The notes under the pieces were generated by a model. It saw only the letters and a program-made list of their open reading frames with translations, made no database searches and was not told the DNA's origin. A DNA stretch of 64,000 nucleotides, taken from NCBI GenBank assembly GCA_963742755.1, contig CAVUMU010000011.1, positions 256,147 through 320,146 on the forward strand. The letters are read 5' to 3'. This document shows, piece after piece, positions 35,203-44,282 of this stretch; the first letter of the stretch is position 1; every line of letters starts with the position of its first letter. The stretch is from an uncultured Gemmatimonadales bacterium (lineage in GTDB: Bacteria > Gemmatimonadota > Gemmatimonadetes > Gemmatimonadales > GWC2-71-9). The translations under genes and the position numbers were made by a program.

Positions 35203-36573
35203 CTACCGCGCGGCCACCCGCCAGATTCGGTCTCCGGCATCGTCCGCCACCAGGAGCGCACCATCGCGGGCGGCGGCCAGACCCACCGGCCGGCCCCACA
35301 CTTCGGCGCCGCTCGAGTCGGCAATGAAGCCGGTCAGGAACTCCTCCAGCCGCCCGGTGGGCTGTCCCCCATCGAAGGGAACGAAGCCCACCCGGTAGCC
35401 CACGAAGCTGCTCCGGTTCCACGATCCGTGCTGGCCGATGAACGCGCCGGTGCGGAAACGGTCCGGGAAGCTGAGGCCGTCGCCGAAAGTGAGTCCCAGG
35501 GTGGCGGTGTGGGCGCCGACCGCGAAGTCGGGCGCGATGGCCTGCTTCACCAGGTCGGGCCGCTCGCCCTTGCGCCGGGGATCCACGTTCGAACCCCAGT
35601 ACGCAAAGGGCCAGCCGTAGAACGCCCCCTGCTTGACGCTGGTGAGATAGTCCGGTACCAGCTCGTCGCCCAGCTCATCGCGCTCGTTGACAACCGTCCA
35701 GAGCGCGCCGGTTTGCGGGTGCCAGTCCATACCGTTCGGATTGCGCAGCCCGGCGGCGAAGACTTGCATCCCGCTTCCGTCCGGATTGATCTCCAGGATG
35801 GCGGCGCGGCGGGGATCCTTCCGGTCGATCTTTTCGTCGTCCACGTTGGTAGCAGACCCGACCGAGACGTAGAGCTTGGAGCCGTCGGGACTGGCGATGA
35901 CGTTTCGGGTCCAGTGGTTGTTGTATCCCCCGGCCGGGAGATCCAAAATCTTCTTCCCGGCACCGGTCACGCTTGCCTTGGCCGAGTCGTAGGGAAACCG
36001 CATCAGCGCGTCGGTGTTGGCCACGTAAAACCACTTACCCAGCGCCAGCATGCCGAACGGCTGGTTCAACCCATCGAGAAACGTCTCCCGGGTCTCGGCC
36101 CGGCCATCGCCATCCTGGTCGCGGAGCCGGGAGATCCGGTTAGCCGAGGGGCCGAAGTACCCCGACTGCTCCAGCAACTTCCGCAGCTGGGGAGGCACCC
36201 GAGCCGTGCCTTGAGTGCGCGCCTCGGCCACCAGGACATCGCCGTTCGGTAACACGTAGAGCCAGCGGGGATACTCGAGGCTGTCGGCGAACAGGGTCAC
36301 CTGAAATCCGCTCGGCGCGGTGGGTTGCCGGCCCTCGTTCCAGCCGATGATCTTGGGAAAGTTGACGGCCGAAGGGGTTGCCTTGGGTTGGGCCAGCTCG
36401 GGGTCGGATCCAATGTCCGGGCCGCCAACCTGACGCAGTTCGACTTCCCCGCGCTCGGTGCTCCCCGCCGCGCCGACGTCCTCGCCCCCCTTGGGCTGGC
36501 CCGGTTGGCAGGAAGCGACCGCCAGAGCGGAGGCGGCGAGAATGGCTATAGTCTTCTTCACGGTCCCTTCCAA
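35203..36573 (-). CDS. PQQ-dependent sugar (sorbosone/aldose) dehydrogenase, lipoprotein
   Basis: The lipobox is LAVASC. The beta-propeller body has NHWTRNV, GLRNPNGMDWHPQTGALW, NERDELGDE, PDYLT, GWP, GQHGSWNR and DGALLVADD. Confidence 0.85.
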   Translation of the reverse strand: MEGTVKKTIAILAASALAVASCQPGQPKGGEDVGAAGSTERGEVELRQVGGPDIGSDPELAQPKATPSAVNFPKIIGWNEGRQPTAPSGFQVTLFADSLEYPRWLYVLPNGDVLVAEARTQGTARVPPQLRKLLEQSGYFGPSANRISRLRDQDGDGRAETRETFLDGLNQPFGMLALGKWFYVANTDALMRFPYDSAKASVTGAGKKILDLPAGGYNNHWTRNVIASPDGSKLYVSVGSATNVDDEKIDRKDPRRAAILEINPDGSGMQVFAAGLRNPNGMDWHPQTGALWTVVNERDELGDELVPDYLTSVKQGAFYGWPFAYWGSNVDPRRKGERPDLVKQAIAPDFAVGAHTATLGLTFGDGLSFPDRFRTGAFIGQHGSWNRSSFVGYRVGFVPFDGGQPTGRLEEFLTGFIADSSGAEVWGRPVGLAAARDGALLVADDAGDRIWRVAAR

Positions 36574-36597
36574 TCGTGTGTGTTGATTCCAGTATAA

Positions 36598-36888
36598 CCA
36601 CCCGGCTATGCCGCCGCTTCGGGCTCGATCTTTAATGGACCGGAGGTTTGGTCCTTCCGACGTCGCACCCGGGCCGTCTGCCGGTCAACGCCGGAGTTGT
36701 GGGCCGAACGCGCGGTCGGGGCGACAAGGGTCGAAACCTACCTGGCAGGGTTGGGCGAGGCGGGGCTGGCGGATCTGGAGGTGCTGAGCCGGCTCGACTA
36801 CTTCGCTGGCAGCTCCAGCCCGGAGACCCGCGCGGTGGCGGGCTCGTTCGGAGCCCATGCCGTCGTGCTTCGGGGATGGAAGCGGTGA
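36598..36888 (+). pseudogene. Possible C-terminal remnant of a methyltransferase-like gene
   Basis: ORF 36697..36888 (..TRVETYLAGLGEAGLADLEVLSRLDYFAGS..AHAVVLRGWKR) resembles SAM-methyltransferase tails. There is no N-terminal part or canonical start. Confidence 0.25.
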
Positions 36889-38740
36889 TCAGCCGCCGTT
36901 GGCCATGAGGAAATGCATCTCCAGCGCGTTGGCGACGGCGTAGTTCGCGTGATTGTTGTTGAACATGATGTGGATCCGCCGGGCGTCGCCCTCGATCCGC
37001 TCCAGCAGCCGCCGCCATGCTTCCAGCTCATCCTGCTCGTAGAGATACCGGTAGCGCTCGGTGACCACCTCGTTTCGCGCTTCCCAGGTGGACTGCCGCC
37101 GTCCGTGCAGCCTTATCATCGCCAGGTCGGGATTGGTCACCCTCAGCCTGGCCGGCAGGCTGCTCTCCATGCCCGGGGGTGCATCTACCGCCACATAGCT
37201 GAAGCCCAGGTCGCTCAGCAATCGAAATGTGCGCGGCGCGATCCGGGTCGACAGCCAGTCGCGATGCCGGAGCTCGACCGATGCCGGCCAGTCACCCAGC
37301 CGAGCCCGCGCCTCGGCCAACCAGCGGGCGCTCTCCCGGGTAGGTTTGAACCAGCGGGGAAACTGGAGCATGATCGCGCCCAGCTTGCCCGCTTCTTTCA
37401 GCGGCCTCAGAGCCGCGAGAAAGCGACGCCATACCTCGTCGATGGCCGCTCGGGAAAAGTGTCGGGTGTACACGTTAGGGGCCGAGCGAAGCGGGCGGGG
37501 AAGGTCCTTCCTGAGCCAGTTTGGCAGCCGCATGGGCTGAGTGGGATGCCCCGTCATCAACCCGTGCGCCTTGATGTCGAATTTGAAGTGCGGCGGCGTC
37601 CGCTCCACCCAGAGCCGGGCGGTGTGCTCCGAGGGCAGGGTGTAGTAGGTGGAATCCACCTCGACCAGCGGCAAGCGGCTGGCGTAATAGCGAAGCCTAT
37701 CCTCTGCGGTGGTCGCCCCCGGCGGGTAGAACACGCCTGGCGCCAGCAGCGAGGGATCGGTCCAGCCCGCCACCCCGATGGAGATGGCGCTGCCGCGCCG
37801 ATCGATTACCGATGCCGTGTTTCCCCTCACTGCCTCAGCCCGCCGCCGAGCTTCACGCCACCCTGGGTCGTGGACCGGGTGCCAGCACGTCTCATCCGGT
37901 GATTTTGGAGATGTCGCGGGTTCGATTGCGTCGAGCTCGGCGGGCAGGGGAGCGGGCGACCGGTGCGCTTGGGCCAACATCGCCGCTACCCGGTGGGGCG
38001 CCTCTCGGGCCAGCGGAGCGATGAGCCGCGCCTCGGGAAGGTTGCGCCAGTAACGAGCCGGCATCTCGGTCCGCATCATGGTGCGATTGAGCCGGGCGGG
38101 ATTGAACGTCGCGGCATAGTAGGTCCGCCACAGGTCTTCCAGCCCGTCCGCTGTCGCGGGAACCTGATGGCGCGCGATGCCGGTTGCCAGGTTCAGGGTG
38201 TTTCCGTCCCATCGGGCGCAGCCTTCGGGGGTCAGGATGGCCCAGCGCATCGAGCGGAAGCGATTCACGAAGAACGGCGCGGTGCGCTCCACCACCCGGT
38301 GCGCCGGTTCGAACCAGGCGACGTACTCCGGATCTTCTCCATCCCCCTTGGGAGCAGCCCGAAACCGGACGAAGGCTTTCATCTTGTGGCTGGCCCGGCG
38401 CACCGCCCGGTGCATCTGGCTCAGCTCATGGACCAGCATATCCGACGCCACCTGCAACAAGTACGGCTCCTCGTGCGTCAGCCGCCACAATAGCTGGTAC
38501 AGGAGCGACCAGCGAGAGCCGTCACGGTGGCAGGCCACGCTGGGCGGCCAAGTGGAGAAAACGGCGGGGGACCCGGTGCCGCGCGGTAGTGTCACCCTGC
38601 TCGTCAATCAGTTTTCCCAGGAGGCCCGTCGCTCCACCATCCTCATGCCAGGTGACCTCCTCCGGCGCAAGATTCTGAGCCAGACAGTTTCGGGCCGCGG
38701 CGCGCCACCGGGCGAGAGCCTCCGGCACCTGACCGACCAT
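36889..38740 (-). pseudogene. DUF4130-like (partner of the DNA-repair radical SAM) fused to DUF72, frame broken near 38539
   Basis: The N-terminus is in ORF 38522..38845 from ATG 38740 (MVGQVPEALARWRAAARNCLAQNLAPEEVTWHED...RVPRRFLHLAAQ). It continues in ORF 36889..38607 (VACHRDGSRWSLLYQLLWRLTHEEPYLL...KAFVRF...WFEP...FNPARLN). The DUF72 part follows (IGVAGWTDP...FYP...LRYYASRLPLVEVDSTYYTLP...LQFPRWF...ELRHRDW...HIMFNNNHANYAVANA). Deleting 1 nt gives LAAQVACHRD. Confidence 0.7.
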
Positions 38741-38744
38741 AGGG

Positions 38745-40019
38745 CTACAGCTCGCCATTAAAGGCAGACACCGCGGCGGAGGACCAGAGGTCGAGCTGGG
38801 CCCGCCCGCGCAGCCGCTGCTCCAGGCTGGGCGAGTCGGGGCCACCCGGCCCAGGAGTGTAGTCCGCGGTCATGACGAAGGGCCTCGCTCGCGACAATGC
38901 CACCCGCAGCCGGGCCAGATCCTCTATCCGCAAGCTCCGCCACCGCCGCGCGGCCAGGATTCGCTTGACGCTGCGCACCCCGATACCCGGAATCCGGAGC
39001 AGCTCTTCTTTGGTTCCGGTGTTGACGTCCACCGGAAATTGTCCCCTATTGCGCAGCGCCCATGCCAGCTTGGGGTCGAGCTCCAGCTCCAGGTTGGGGG
39101 CCTGGGCGGTGATAAGCTCCGCCACCCCGAAGCCGTAGAAGCGCATCAGCCAGTCGGCCTGATAAAGCCGGTGCTCCCGAAGCAATGGCGGCGCGGCGAG
39201 CGGTAGCACGCAGGACGCGTCGGGAATGGGACTGAACGCCGAGTAGTACACCCGCCTCAGGCGCTGTTCGGCGTAAAGCGTGGCGGAGGTCTCGAGCAGC
39301 ACTGCGTCGGTGGCATCGGTGGCCCCGACGATCATCTGGGTGGCCTGTCCTGCGGGAGAAAAGGCGAGCGGCTTGCGCGAGTAGGAGGAGCGCTCGAGCC
39401 GGGCCCGGTCTTCCTGGGCCTCCAGGATCCCTTCCCGGATGGTGTTCATGCCCCGAGTGATCTGGACCAGCTCCTTCTCTGGAGCCAGCGCGTCGAGATC
39501 CTGCTGCCGGGGCAGCTCCACGTTGATGCTGAGCCGGTCGGCCCAGCGGCCCGCCTCGCGGATCAGCTCCGGCGCGGCGTTGGGGATGGTCTTGAGGTGG
39601 ATGTATCCGGCGAAGCCATGGTCGCGGCGGAGCGTACGCGTCACCGTCACCAGCTGCTCCATGGTGTAATCGGGACTTCGGATGATGCCGGAGCTGAGGA
39701 AAAGCCCTTCTATATAGTTGCGGCGGTAGAAATCGAGGGTCAGGCGAACTACTTCGTCGGGGGTGAACCGGGCTCGCCGAACTCCGCTGGACCGGCGGTT
39801 GATGCAGTAGCCGCAGTCGTAGATGCAGTAGTTGGTGAGCAGAATCTTGAGCAGCGAGACGCAGCGGCCGTCGGGGGTATAGCTGTGACAGATTCCGCTG
39901 CCTTCGGTCGATCCGATTCCGCTACCCGTGGCCCGGCGGCCTTTGGCGCCGCTGCTGGCGCAGGAGGCATCGTACTTGGCCGCGTCGGCCAGGACTGCCA
40001 GTTTGTCGGAAAGCTCCAT
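38745..40019 (-). CDS. Radical SAM protein of the putative DNA modification/repair class
   Basis: The CX3CX2C cluster motif is LTNYCIYDCGYCINR. The N-terminus is DAAKYDASCASSG. The C-terminal helix-hairpin-helix is GTKEELLRIPGIGVRSVKRILAARR. Confidence 0.85.
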   Translation of the reverse strand: MELSDKLAVLADAAKYDASCASSGAKGRRATGSGIGSTEGSGICHSYTPDGRCVSLLKILLTNYCIYDCGYCINRRSSGVRRARFTPDEVVRLTLDFYRRNYIEGLFLSSGIIRSPDYTMEQLVTVTRTLRRDHGFAGYIHLKTIPNAAPELIREAGRWADRLSINVELPRQQDLDALAPEKELVQITRGMNTIREGILEAQEDRARLERSSYSRKPLAFSPAGQATQMIVGATDATDAVLLETSATLYAEQRLRRVYYSAFSPIPDASCVLPLAAPPLLREHRLYQADWLMRFYGFGVAELITAQAPNLELELDPKLAWALRNRGQFPVDVNTGTKEELLRIPGIGVRSVKRILAARRWRSLRIEDLARLRVALSRARPFVMTADYTPGPGGPDSPSLEQRLRGRAQLDLWSSAAVSAFNGEL

Positions 40020-40845
40020 ACCCGAACATAACCCGAATCAGCAGGGCGACGCAAACGCGATCGCACCGGCCACGGCCGCACCCGGTTCGACCGCTGCACA
40101 GGCTTCCCGGAGCAATGCCGCAACCCTGCGGGGGCGGCTGGCGATTCCGGTCCCCGGAGCGGGTCATGAGTGACTTCGCACGCTCGAACTGCAGGGTGAG
40201 GTGCTGCACGAACCACGGTGCGGCCAGCCGTCCGGCCTCTTCCAGCGTGCCGGGCTCCTCGAAGAGATGGCTCGCTCCCGGGATCTCGACCAACCGTGCC
40301 AGGCAGGTGAGCTGGACCAGGGCCATCTGGTTGAACCCAAGCACGATCGGATCACGGCTCCCGACCAGCAGCAGGGTGGGAGCGCGAACCCGGCGCAGCG
40401 CGTTGCCGGCCAAGTCCGGCCTTCCGCCGCGTGACACCACCGCAGCAATGTGGAGCGGGGATACCGCCGCGGCTTTCAGCGCAGCGGCCGCCCCGGTGCT
40501 GGCTCCGAAGTAACCGAAGCGAAGCCCGGCGGCCTCGGGCTGCCGACCAAGCCACCCCCTCGCCGCGAGTAGTCGCTCGCTCAGAAGTTCGATATCGAAC
40601 ACGTTGGTGCGGTCGGCGGCTTCCGCCTCGGTGAGCAGATCGAACAGCAGGGTGCCCAGCTCCGCGGCACGGAGCTGCCTCGCGACGGCGACGTTCCGCG
40701 GGCTCAGCCGGCTGCTCCCGCTGCCATGGACGAGGAGCACCAGACCCGAGGGATGGCTGGGGAGGGCAAGGCTGGCCTGCATGCGAGCCGAGCCCGCCGT
40801 GATTACTACATCCCGCTGAGTCGGCCGGCTGGTGGTTTCCGTCAT
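39922..40845 (-). CDS. Dienelactone-hydrolase-like alpha/beta hydrolase with an aberrant C-terminal tail
   Basis: LVLLVHGSGSSRLSPRN, YFGASTGAAAAL (nucleophile elbow) and IPGASHLFEEPG. After WFVQHL, about 95 Arg/Gly/Cys-rich residues run 98 nt into the next gene. ATGA overlap with the PRTase gene. Confidence 0.7.
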   Translation of the reverse strand: MTETTSRPTQRDVVITAGSARMQASLALPSHPSGLVLLVHGSGSSRLSPRNVAVARQLRAAELGTLLFDLLTEAEAADRTNVFDIELLSERLLAARGWLGRQPEAAGLRFGYFGASTGAAAALKAAAVSPLHIAAVVSRGGRPDLAGNALRRVRAPTLLLVGSRDPIVLGFNQMALVQLTCLARLVEIPGASHLFEEPGTLEEAGRLAAPWFVQHLTLQFERAKSLMTRSGDRNRQPPPQGCGIAPGSLCSGRTGCGRGRCDRVCVALLIRVMFGYGAFRQTGSPGRRGQVRCLLRQQRRQRPPGHG

Positions 40846-41489
40846 GCGGATACCCTCCTGGACCCGGTCGAGCGGAGGCACTGGATGACCTCCGCGTCTG
40901 TGGTAGGGGAGAAGTTGCGATACCAATTGCCGACCGCGCCGAAGTGCAGCGGGCAATCCAGGCAGACCACCGCATCGGCGACCCGTTCCAGTTCCGCCGC
41001 ACCTTCAGCCGAGCAGACCGGGGCGGCAAAGACGATCTGCTTCGGATGGCGCCTACGGACGGACTCGACCGCGGCTTGAGCGGTGGCGCCGGCGGCCAGG
41101 CCGTCGTCCACCAGGATGACGGTCCGCCCCTTTACCTCGATTGGGGGGCGGTTGCCCCGATACGCCCGTTCACGCCGGGCCATTTCGTCGGCCTCGCGGA
41201 CGATGACTCGCGCCAGATAATCCTGTGAGATTCCCAGGCCGGCTACCAGCTCCTGGCGAAGCAACGTCGCTCCGGGCGCCATCGCACCGATGGCAAACTC
41301 CTCGGTGCCGGGCGCACCGAGCTTTCGAACCAACTGCACATCGAGCGGTGCGTCCAGCGCTCGCGCGACCTCATGGCCGACCACGACTCCACCCCGGGCA
41401 AGGCCGAGGACGATGGGGTTCTTCCCCCGATATTGCTCCAACGCCTGAGCCAGCCTCTTGCCCGCGTGGTGACGATCGTCAAAGAGCAT
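40842..41489 (-). CDS. Phosphoribosyltransferase-domain protein
   Basis: GGAGG sits 5 nt before ATG 41489. MLFDDRHHAGKRLAQAL...IVLGLARGGVVVGHEVA and the PRPP loop VILVDDGLAAGATA are present. Confidence 0.85.
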   Translation of the reverse strand: MLFDDRHHAGKRLAQALEQYRGKNPIVLGLARGGVVVGHEVARALDAPLDVQLVRKLGAPGTEEFAIGAMAPGATLLRQELVAGLGISQDYLARVIVREADEMARRERAYRGNRPPIEVKGRTVILVDDGLAAGATAQAAVESVRRRHPKQIVFAAPVCSAEGAAELERVADAVVCLDCPLHFGAVGNWYRNFSPTTDAEVIQCLRSTGSRRVSA

Positions 41490-41545
41490 GGCAACCTCCA
41501 AGTGAAATCCTCTCCTAAGGTGAGCCGGTAGTGATAAAGCGGGGA

Positions 41546-41561
41546 TGAATCCGGGGTGAAA
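41546..41561 (-). promoter_or_regulatory. Direct-repeat site D (upstream of the PRTase operon)
   Basis: Plus strand TGAATccggggTGAAA. Gene sense gTTTCAccccggATTCAtc. 57 nt from the ATG. A second weaker 11-bp pair, TGAGC/TGATA, is at 41521/41532. Confidence 0.45.
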
Positions 41562-41590
41562 CCCGATTTCCCCGGGGGGGCTGAAGAATT

Positions 41591-41606
41591 CTTCACGACA
41601 ACTTCA
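41591..41606 (+). promoter_or_regulatory. CTTCA-N6-CTTCA direct-repeat site E (upstream of the DUF302 operon)
   Basis: CTTCAcgacaaCTTCA. The first unit is also the right arm of the perfect 14-bp palindrome TGAAGAATTCTTCA (41582-41595). 60 nt before ATG 41667. Confidence 0.6.
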
Positions 41607-41666
41607 GCGACGATCCACCTTCGCCCCAGTAGCTTCGGCTTGACTCACACCTGCGGGAGAGTAGCC

Positions 41667-42095
41667 ATGCTGCAACACGCAACCCGATACGGCATCAGTA
41701 CCACCGTGGCCCTGCCATTCGAACCCGCTCTGGCCCGAACCCGCGAGGCCCTCGCGAACGAGGGGTTCGGGGTGCTCACCGAGATCGACGTGACCGCCAC
41801 CCTGCGGAAGAAGCTGGACGTCGAGTTTCGGCCCTACATCATCCTCGGTGCCTGCAACCCGCCCCTGGCCCATCGCGCCCTCCAGGCCGAGCTGGACATC
41901 GGGCTCCTGCTGCCCTGCAACGTCGTGGTTTACGCCACCGACGATCCGGCCCGCACGGTGGTCGCGGCGCTCGACCCGGTCGAGGCCCTGAGTCTGAGCG
42001 GCACGGAGGCCATGCGACCGATCGCGGCAGAAGTCCGAGGCCGGCTGGAGCGGGTGGTGGCGAGCGTCGAAGGCCATGAAGGAGAGTCAGCATGA
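41667..42095 (+). CDS. DUF302-domain protein
   Basis: [68 protein letters not shown] is typical DUF302. ATGA overlap with the next gene. Confidence 0.8.
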   Translation: MLQHATRYGISTTVALPFEPALARTREALANEGFGVLTEIDVTATLRKKLDVEFRPYIILGACNPPLAHRALQAELDIGLLLPCNVVVYATDDPARTVVAALDPVEALSLSGTEAMRPIAAEVRGRLERVVASVEGHEGESA

Positions 42096-42358
42096 GCAAC
42101 CAGCGCCGCATCCACGCTGAGGAGGCCAGACAAGTCGGCTCCGCCCTGGGCATCGATTGGACGGTCATCGAGCTGGAACAATTCCGGCGGGGTCTAGAGG
42201 TGGAACTGGAGCACGGGGCCCGGGATCCGGAGACCAATGTGACCAATGACGACCTCGGTCTCACGGGGAAGATCGCCTGGGCGCATCTCAAGGAGTTCCC
42301 GGACTACTACACCCGGCTGGACCGGCTCGAGGCCGAGGCGGACGGCGTTCGCCCGTAG
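42092..42358 (+). CDS. Small conserved hypothetical protein
   Basis: 88 aa, translationally coupled to the DUF302 gene. Has the LEVELEHG...TNVTNDD motif. Family name not recalled with certainty. Confidence 0.6.
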   Translation: MSNQRRIHAEEARQVGSALGIDWTVIELEQFRRGLEVELEHGARDPETNVTNDDLGLTGKIAWAHLKEFPDYYTRLDRLEAEADGVRP

Positions 42359-42825
42359 CTCTCGATTTCGGCGACCAGCCGGGCCCCTTCTTCTGGAAGC
42401 CGGTCCCGCGGGACGTGCTCGGCGGCGAGCTCGATATGTGAGCACCATTGCCGCAGCATCTGGAGAAACTCGCGGCTGGCCAGCGCAACCGCGGCCGCGG
42501 TCCCGCGGCGGCGCCCAACCAGGTCCAGGGCTTGTCCCAGTTGCGCTATGCGCTCACCCTCCACGGAGAGCTTCTCGGCCGTCTCAGCCGGGAGAAATGG
42601 CCGCATCTCCTTCACCAATGCACGCTCCCGGTCGAATGGCCCCTGAAACTGGTCAGCGAGGTATCGCACCCCGGTCCAGCGCTCCCAGAATCCAGCCGCT
42701 CCTGTGGTGGAAGGAGAGAGAAATAGAGTCGTCTCGCGGAGCCAGATCTCGTGGGCGGCCTTGAGCGTCCGCGCCAGGGATTGATCCTCGGCGGTCTCAG
42801 GTAGTTCCAGGGGACTCGGAGTCAT
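42307..42825 (-). CDS. Hypothetical helical protein
   Basis: GAGG sits 8 nt before ATG 42825. 172 aa, predicted all-helical. Its 3' end overlaps the convergent gene by 52 nt. Confidence 0.5.
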   Translation of the reverse strand: MTPSPLELPETAEDQSLARTLKAAHEIWLRETTLFLSPSTTGAAGFWERWTGVRYLADQFQGPFDRERALVKEMRPFLPAETAEKLSVEGERIAQLGQALDLVGRRRGTAAAVALASREFLQMLRQWCSHIELAAEHVPRDRLPEEGARLVAEIESYGRTPSASASSRSSRV

Positions 42826-42957
42826 GTTTAACCTCGAGTGATTATTGGTTCCATCTTGGGTCGGCGTCTTCGTGGTACGACCCAAGGTAGGCTGCCTGGC
42901 CTGAGTCAGACATGAGGGACGCAGGAAGGTTTCTTCACGCCGCCGGGTGTTCTGCCA

Positions 42958-44040
42958 CTAGCTCCGAGGAGCCGGAGGCTCCTGAAGGAGGCGGAGCGCC
43001 TCTTCGGCGATCCCAGCCTCCTCATCGGTCCGGATCGCGTACACGCGGAGTGGGGAGCCAGTGGCAGAAATACGCTCGTCACCGCGCGCGTTCCGGGTGG
43101 GGTCGAGCCGGAGACCCGCCCACTCAAGAGATCGGCATATCCGCTCCCTGATCGCGGGCGCGTTTTCGCCTATCCCACCAGTGAAGACCAGAGCCTGGGT
43201 CTCGCCCTCGAGCGCGGCCAGGTAAGCTCCGACATATTTCACCGCGCGATAGCAGAAGAGCTCCACCGCCTGCCGGGCTTCCGAGTCGGTTCGCGACAAC
43301 AGCTCTCGCATGTCGGCCGTACCGGCCAGCCCCTTCAACCCTGCCTCGTAGTGCAACAGGTGGCCCAGTCTCTCCCCGTCCCACCCCTGCTCCAGCAGAT
43401 GGAGCAGCACGCCGGGATCGACGTCTCCGGCTCTCGTCCCCATGATCAGCCCTTCGAGAGGGGAATACCCCATCGAGGTGTCGACCGGCTGGCCCCGCCG
43501 GATCGCCGCGGCCGAACACCCGCTGCCCAGATGCAGGCTTACGAATGTCGGCTCCGGTTCCCCGTTCAGGGCCGCCAGACGCTTCATCACAAAGCGATGG
43601 GACCAGCCGTGAAATCCATAACGCCGCACGCCGGACATCGGTGGCAGAGCATAGCGCCGGGCCAGGGGCGGAAGATCGGCGAAAAAGGCGGTATCGAAGG
43701 CGGCCACAAGGGGAACGCCCAGGGCCCTGGTGATCTCGAGCGCGCGCAGTGCCGGAGCGTTATGCAAGGGAGCCAGTGGTGTGAGCTCGGTCAGGGCCCG
43801 GAGAACGTCCTCATCGACGCGAACGACCGCAGCGAAGCGATCGCCTCCGTGTACCACACGGTGAGCCACCGCGTTCGGCCTTGCCGGGAGTGCAGTCAGC
43901 ACCCGGGCAATGAGAGACTCCTCCTCCCCGGGTGTCAGGCCGACCGATGCGGCAGCGAGCAGGCTGAGCTCATGATCCTGCGCCTGATAGAGCTTGTACT
44001 TGAGACTGGTGCTTCCGCAGTTGATCACCAGGAGCCGCAT
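42958..44040 (-). CDS. ackA: Acetate/propionate kinase
   Basis: MRLLVINCGSTSLKYKLY, HRVVHGG, APLHNP, RYGFHGWSH, LHLGSGCS, DTSMGYSPLEGLIMGTRAGDVDPG and FTGGIGENA. Compact at 360 aa. Confidence 0.85.
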   Translation of the reverse strand: MRLLVINCGSTSLKYKLYQAQDHELSLLAAASVGLTPGEEESLIARVLTALPARPNAVAHRVVHGGDRFAAVVRVDEDVLRALTELTPLAPLHNAPALRALEITRALGVPLVAAFDTAFFADLPPLARRYALPPMSGVRRYGFHGWSHRFVMKRLAALNGEPEPTFVSLHLGSGCSAAAIRRGQPVDTSMGYSPLEGLIMGTRAGDVDPGVLLHLLEQGWDGERLGHLLHYEAGLKGLAGTADMRELLSRTDSEARQAVELFCYRAVKYVGAYLAALEGETQALVFTGGIGENAPAIRERICRSLEWAGLRLDPTRNARGDERISATGSPLRVYAIRTDEEAGIAEEALRLLQEPPAPRS

Positions 44041-44282
44041 GTCGTCCTCCGGTCACCCGCAACGCCATGAATCAGCATGGTCCTTCCTTCACAGTTCTTC
44101 CATTTCCCGCGCGATCCTACGTTCACTCTTACCAGAGTAAGCGGTGACCAGCTTGGCCAGGTGACGGGATGTGGGAGTTAGAGTGGAGTCTGTTAACGAG
44201 CGTCGGGAGCACATTGCAGGCAGCGTTACCGGGGCTGCCGGGTGAGACGCGCGGCGGTCCGATGACGCGAGCAGGCGGGTCC

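Noticed and set aside
34865-41595. EcoRI-site palindromes GAATTC at 34869 and within TGAAGAATTCTTCA at 41582..41595.
   Set aside because: The first is an isolated 6-mer of no evident significance. The second is explained as an inverted half-site of the CTTCA operator motif rather than a restriction-modification signal.
42307-42358. 52-nt overlap of convergent genes 42092..42358 and 42307..42825; considered whether one of them is spurious.
   Set aside because: The + gene is translationally coupled to DUF302 and has a conserved-looking motif. The minus ORF has a good RBS and a long open frame. Both were kept, with reduced confidence for the minus one.
42307-42825. Tempting annotation as a hemerythrin-like protein, which would fit the PCP-ATPase/hypoxia theme.
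   Set aside because: I could not locate the H-HxxxE-H-HxxxxD iron-ligand pattern with confidence. It is left as a hypothetical helical protein.
44083-44101. CTTCC/CTTCA/CTTCC cluster in the acg-ackA gap, and CTTTC-N7-CTTAC at 15138..15154 next to the kinase start.
   Set aside because: Spacing is 10 and 12 bp rather than 11. The first has the wrong orientation for the downstream gene, and the second abuts the start codon. Neither is counted among the phased-repeat sites.
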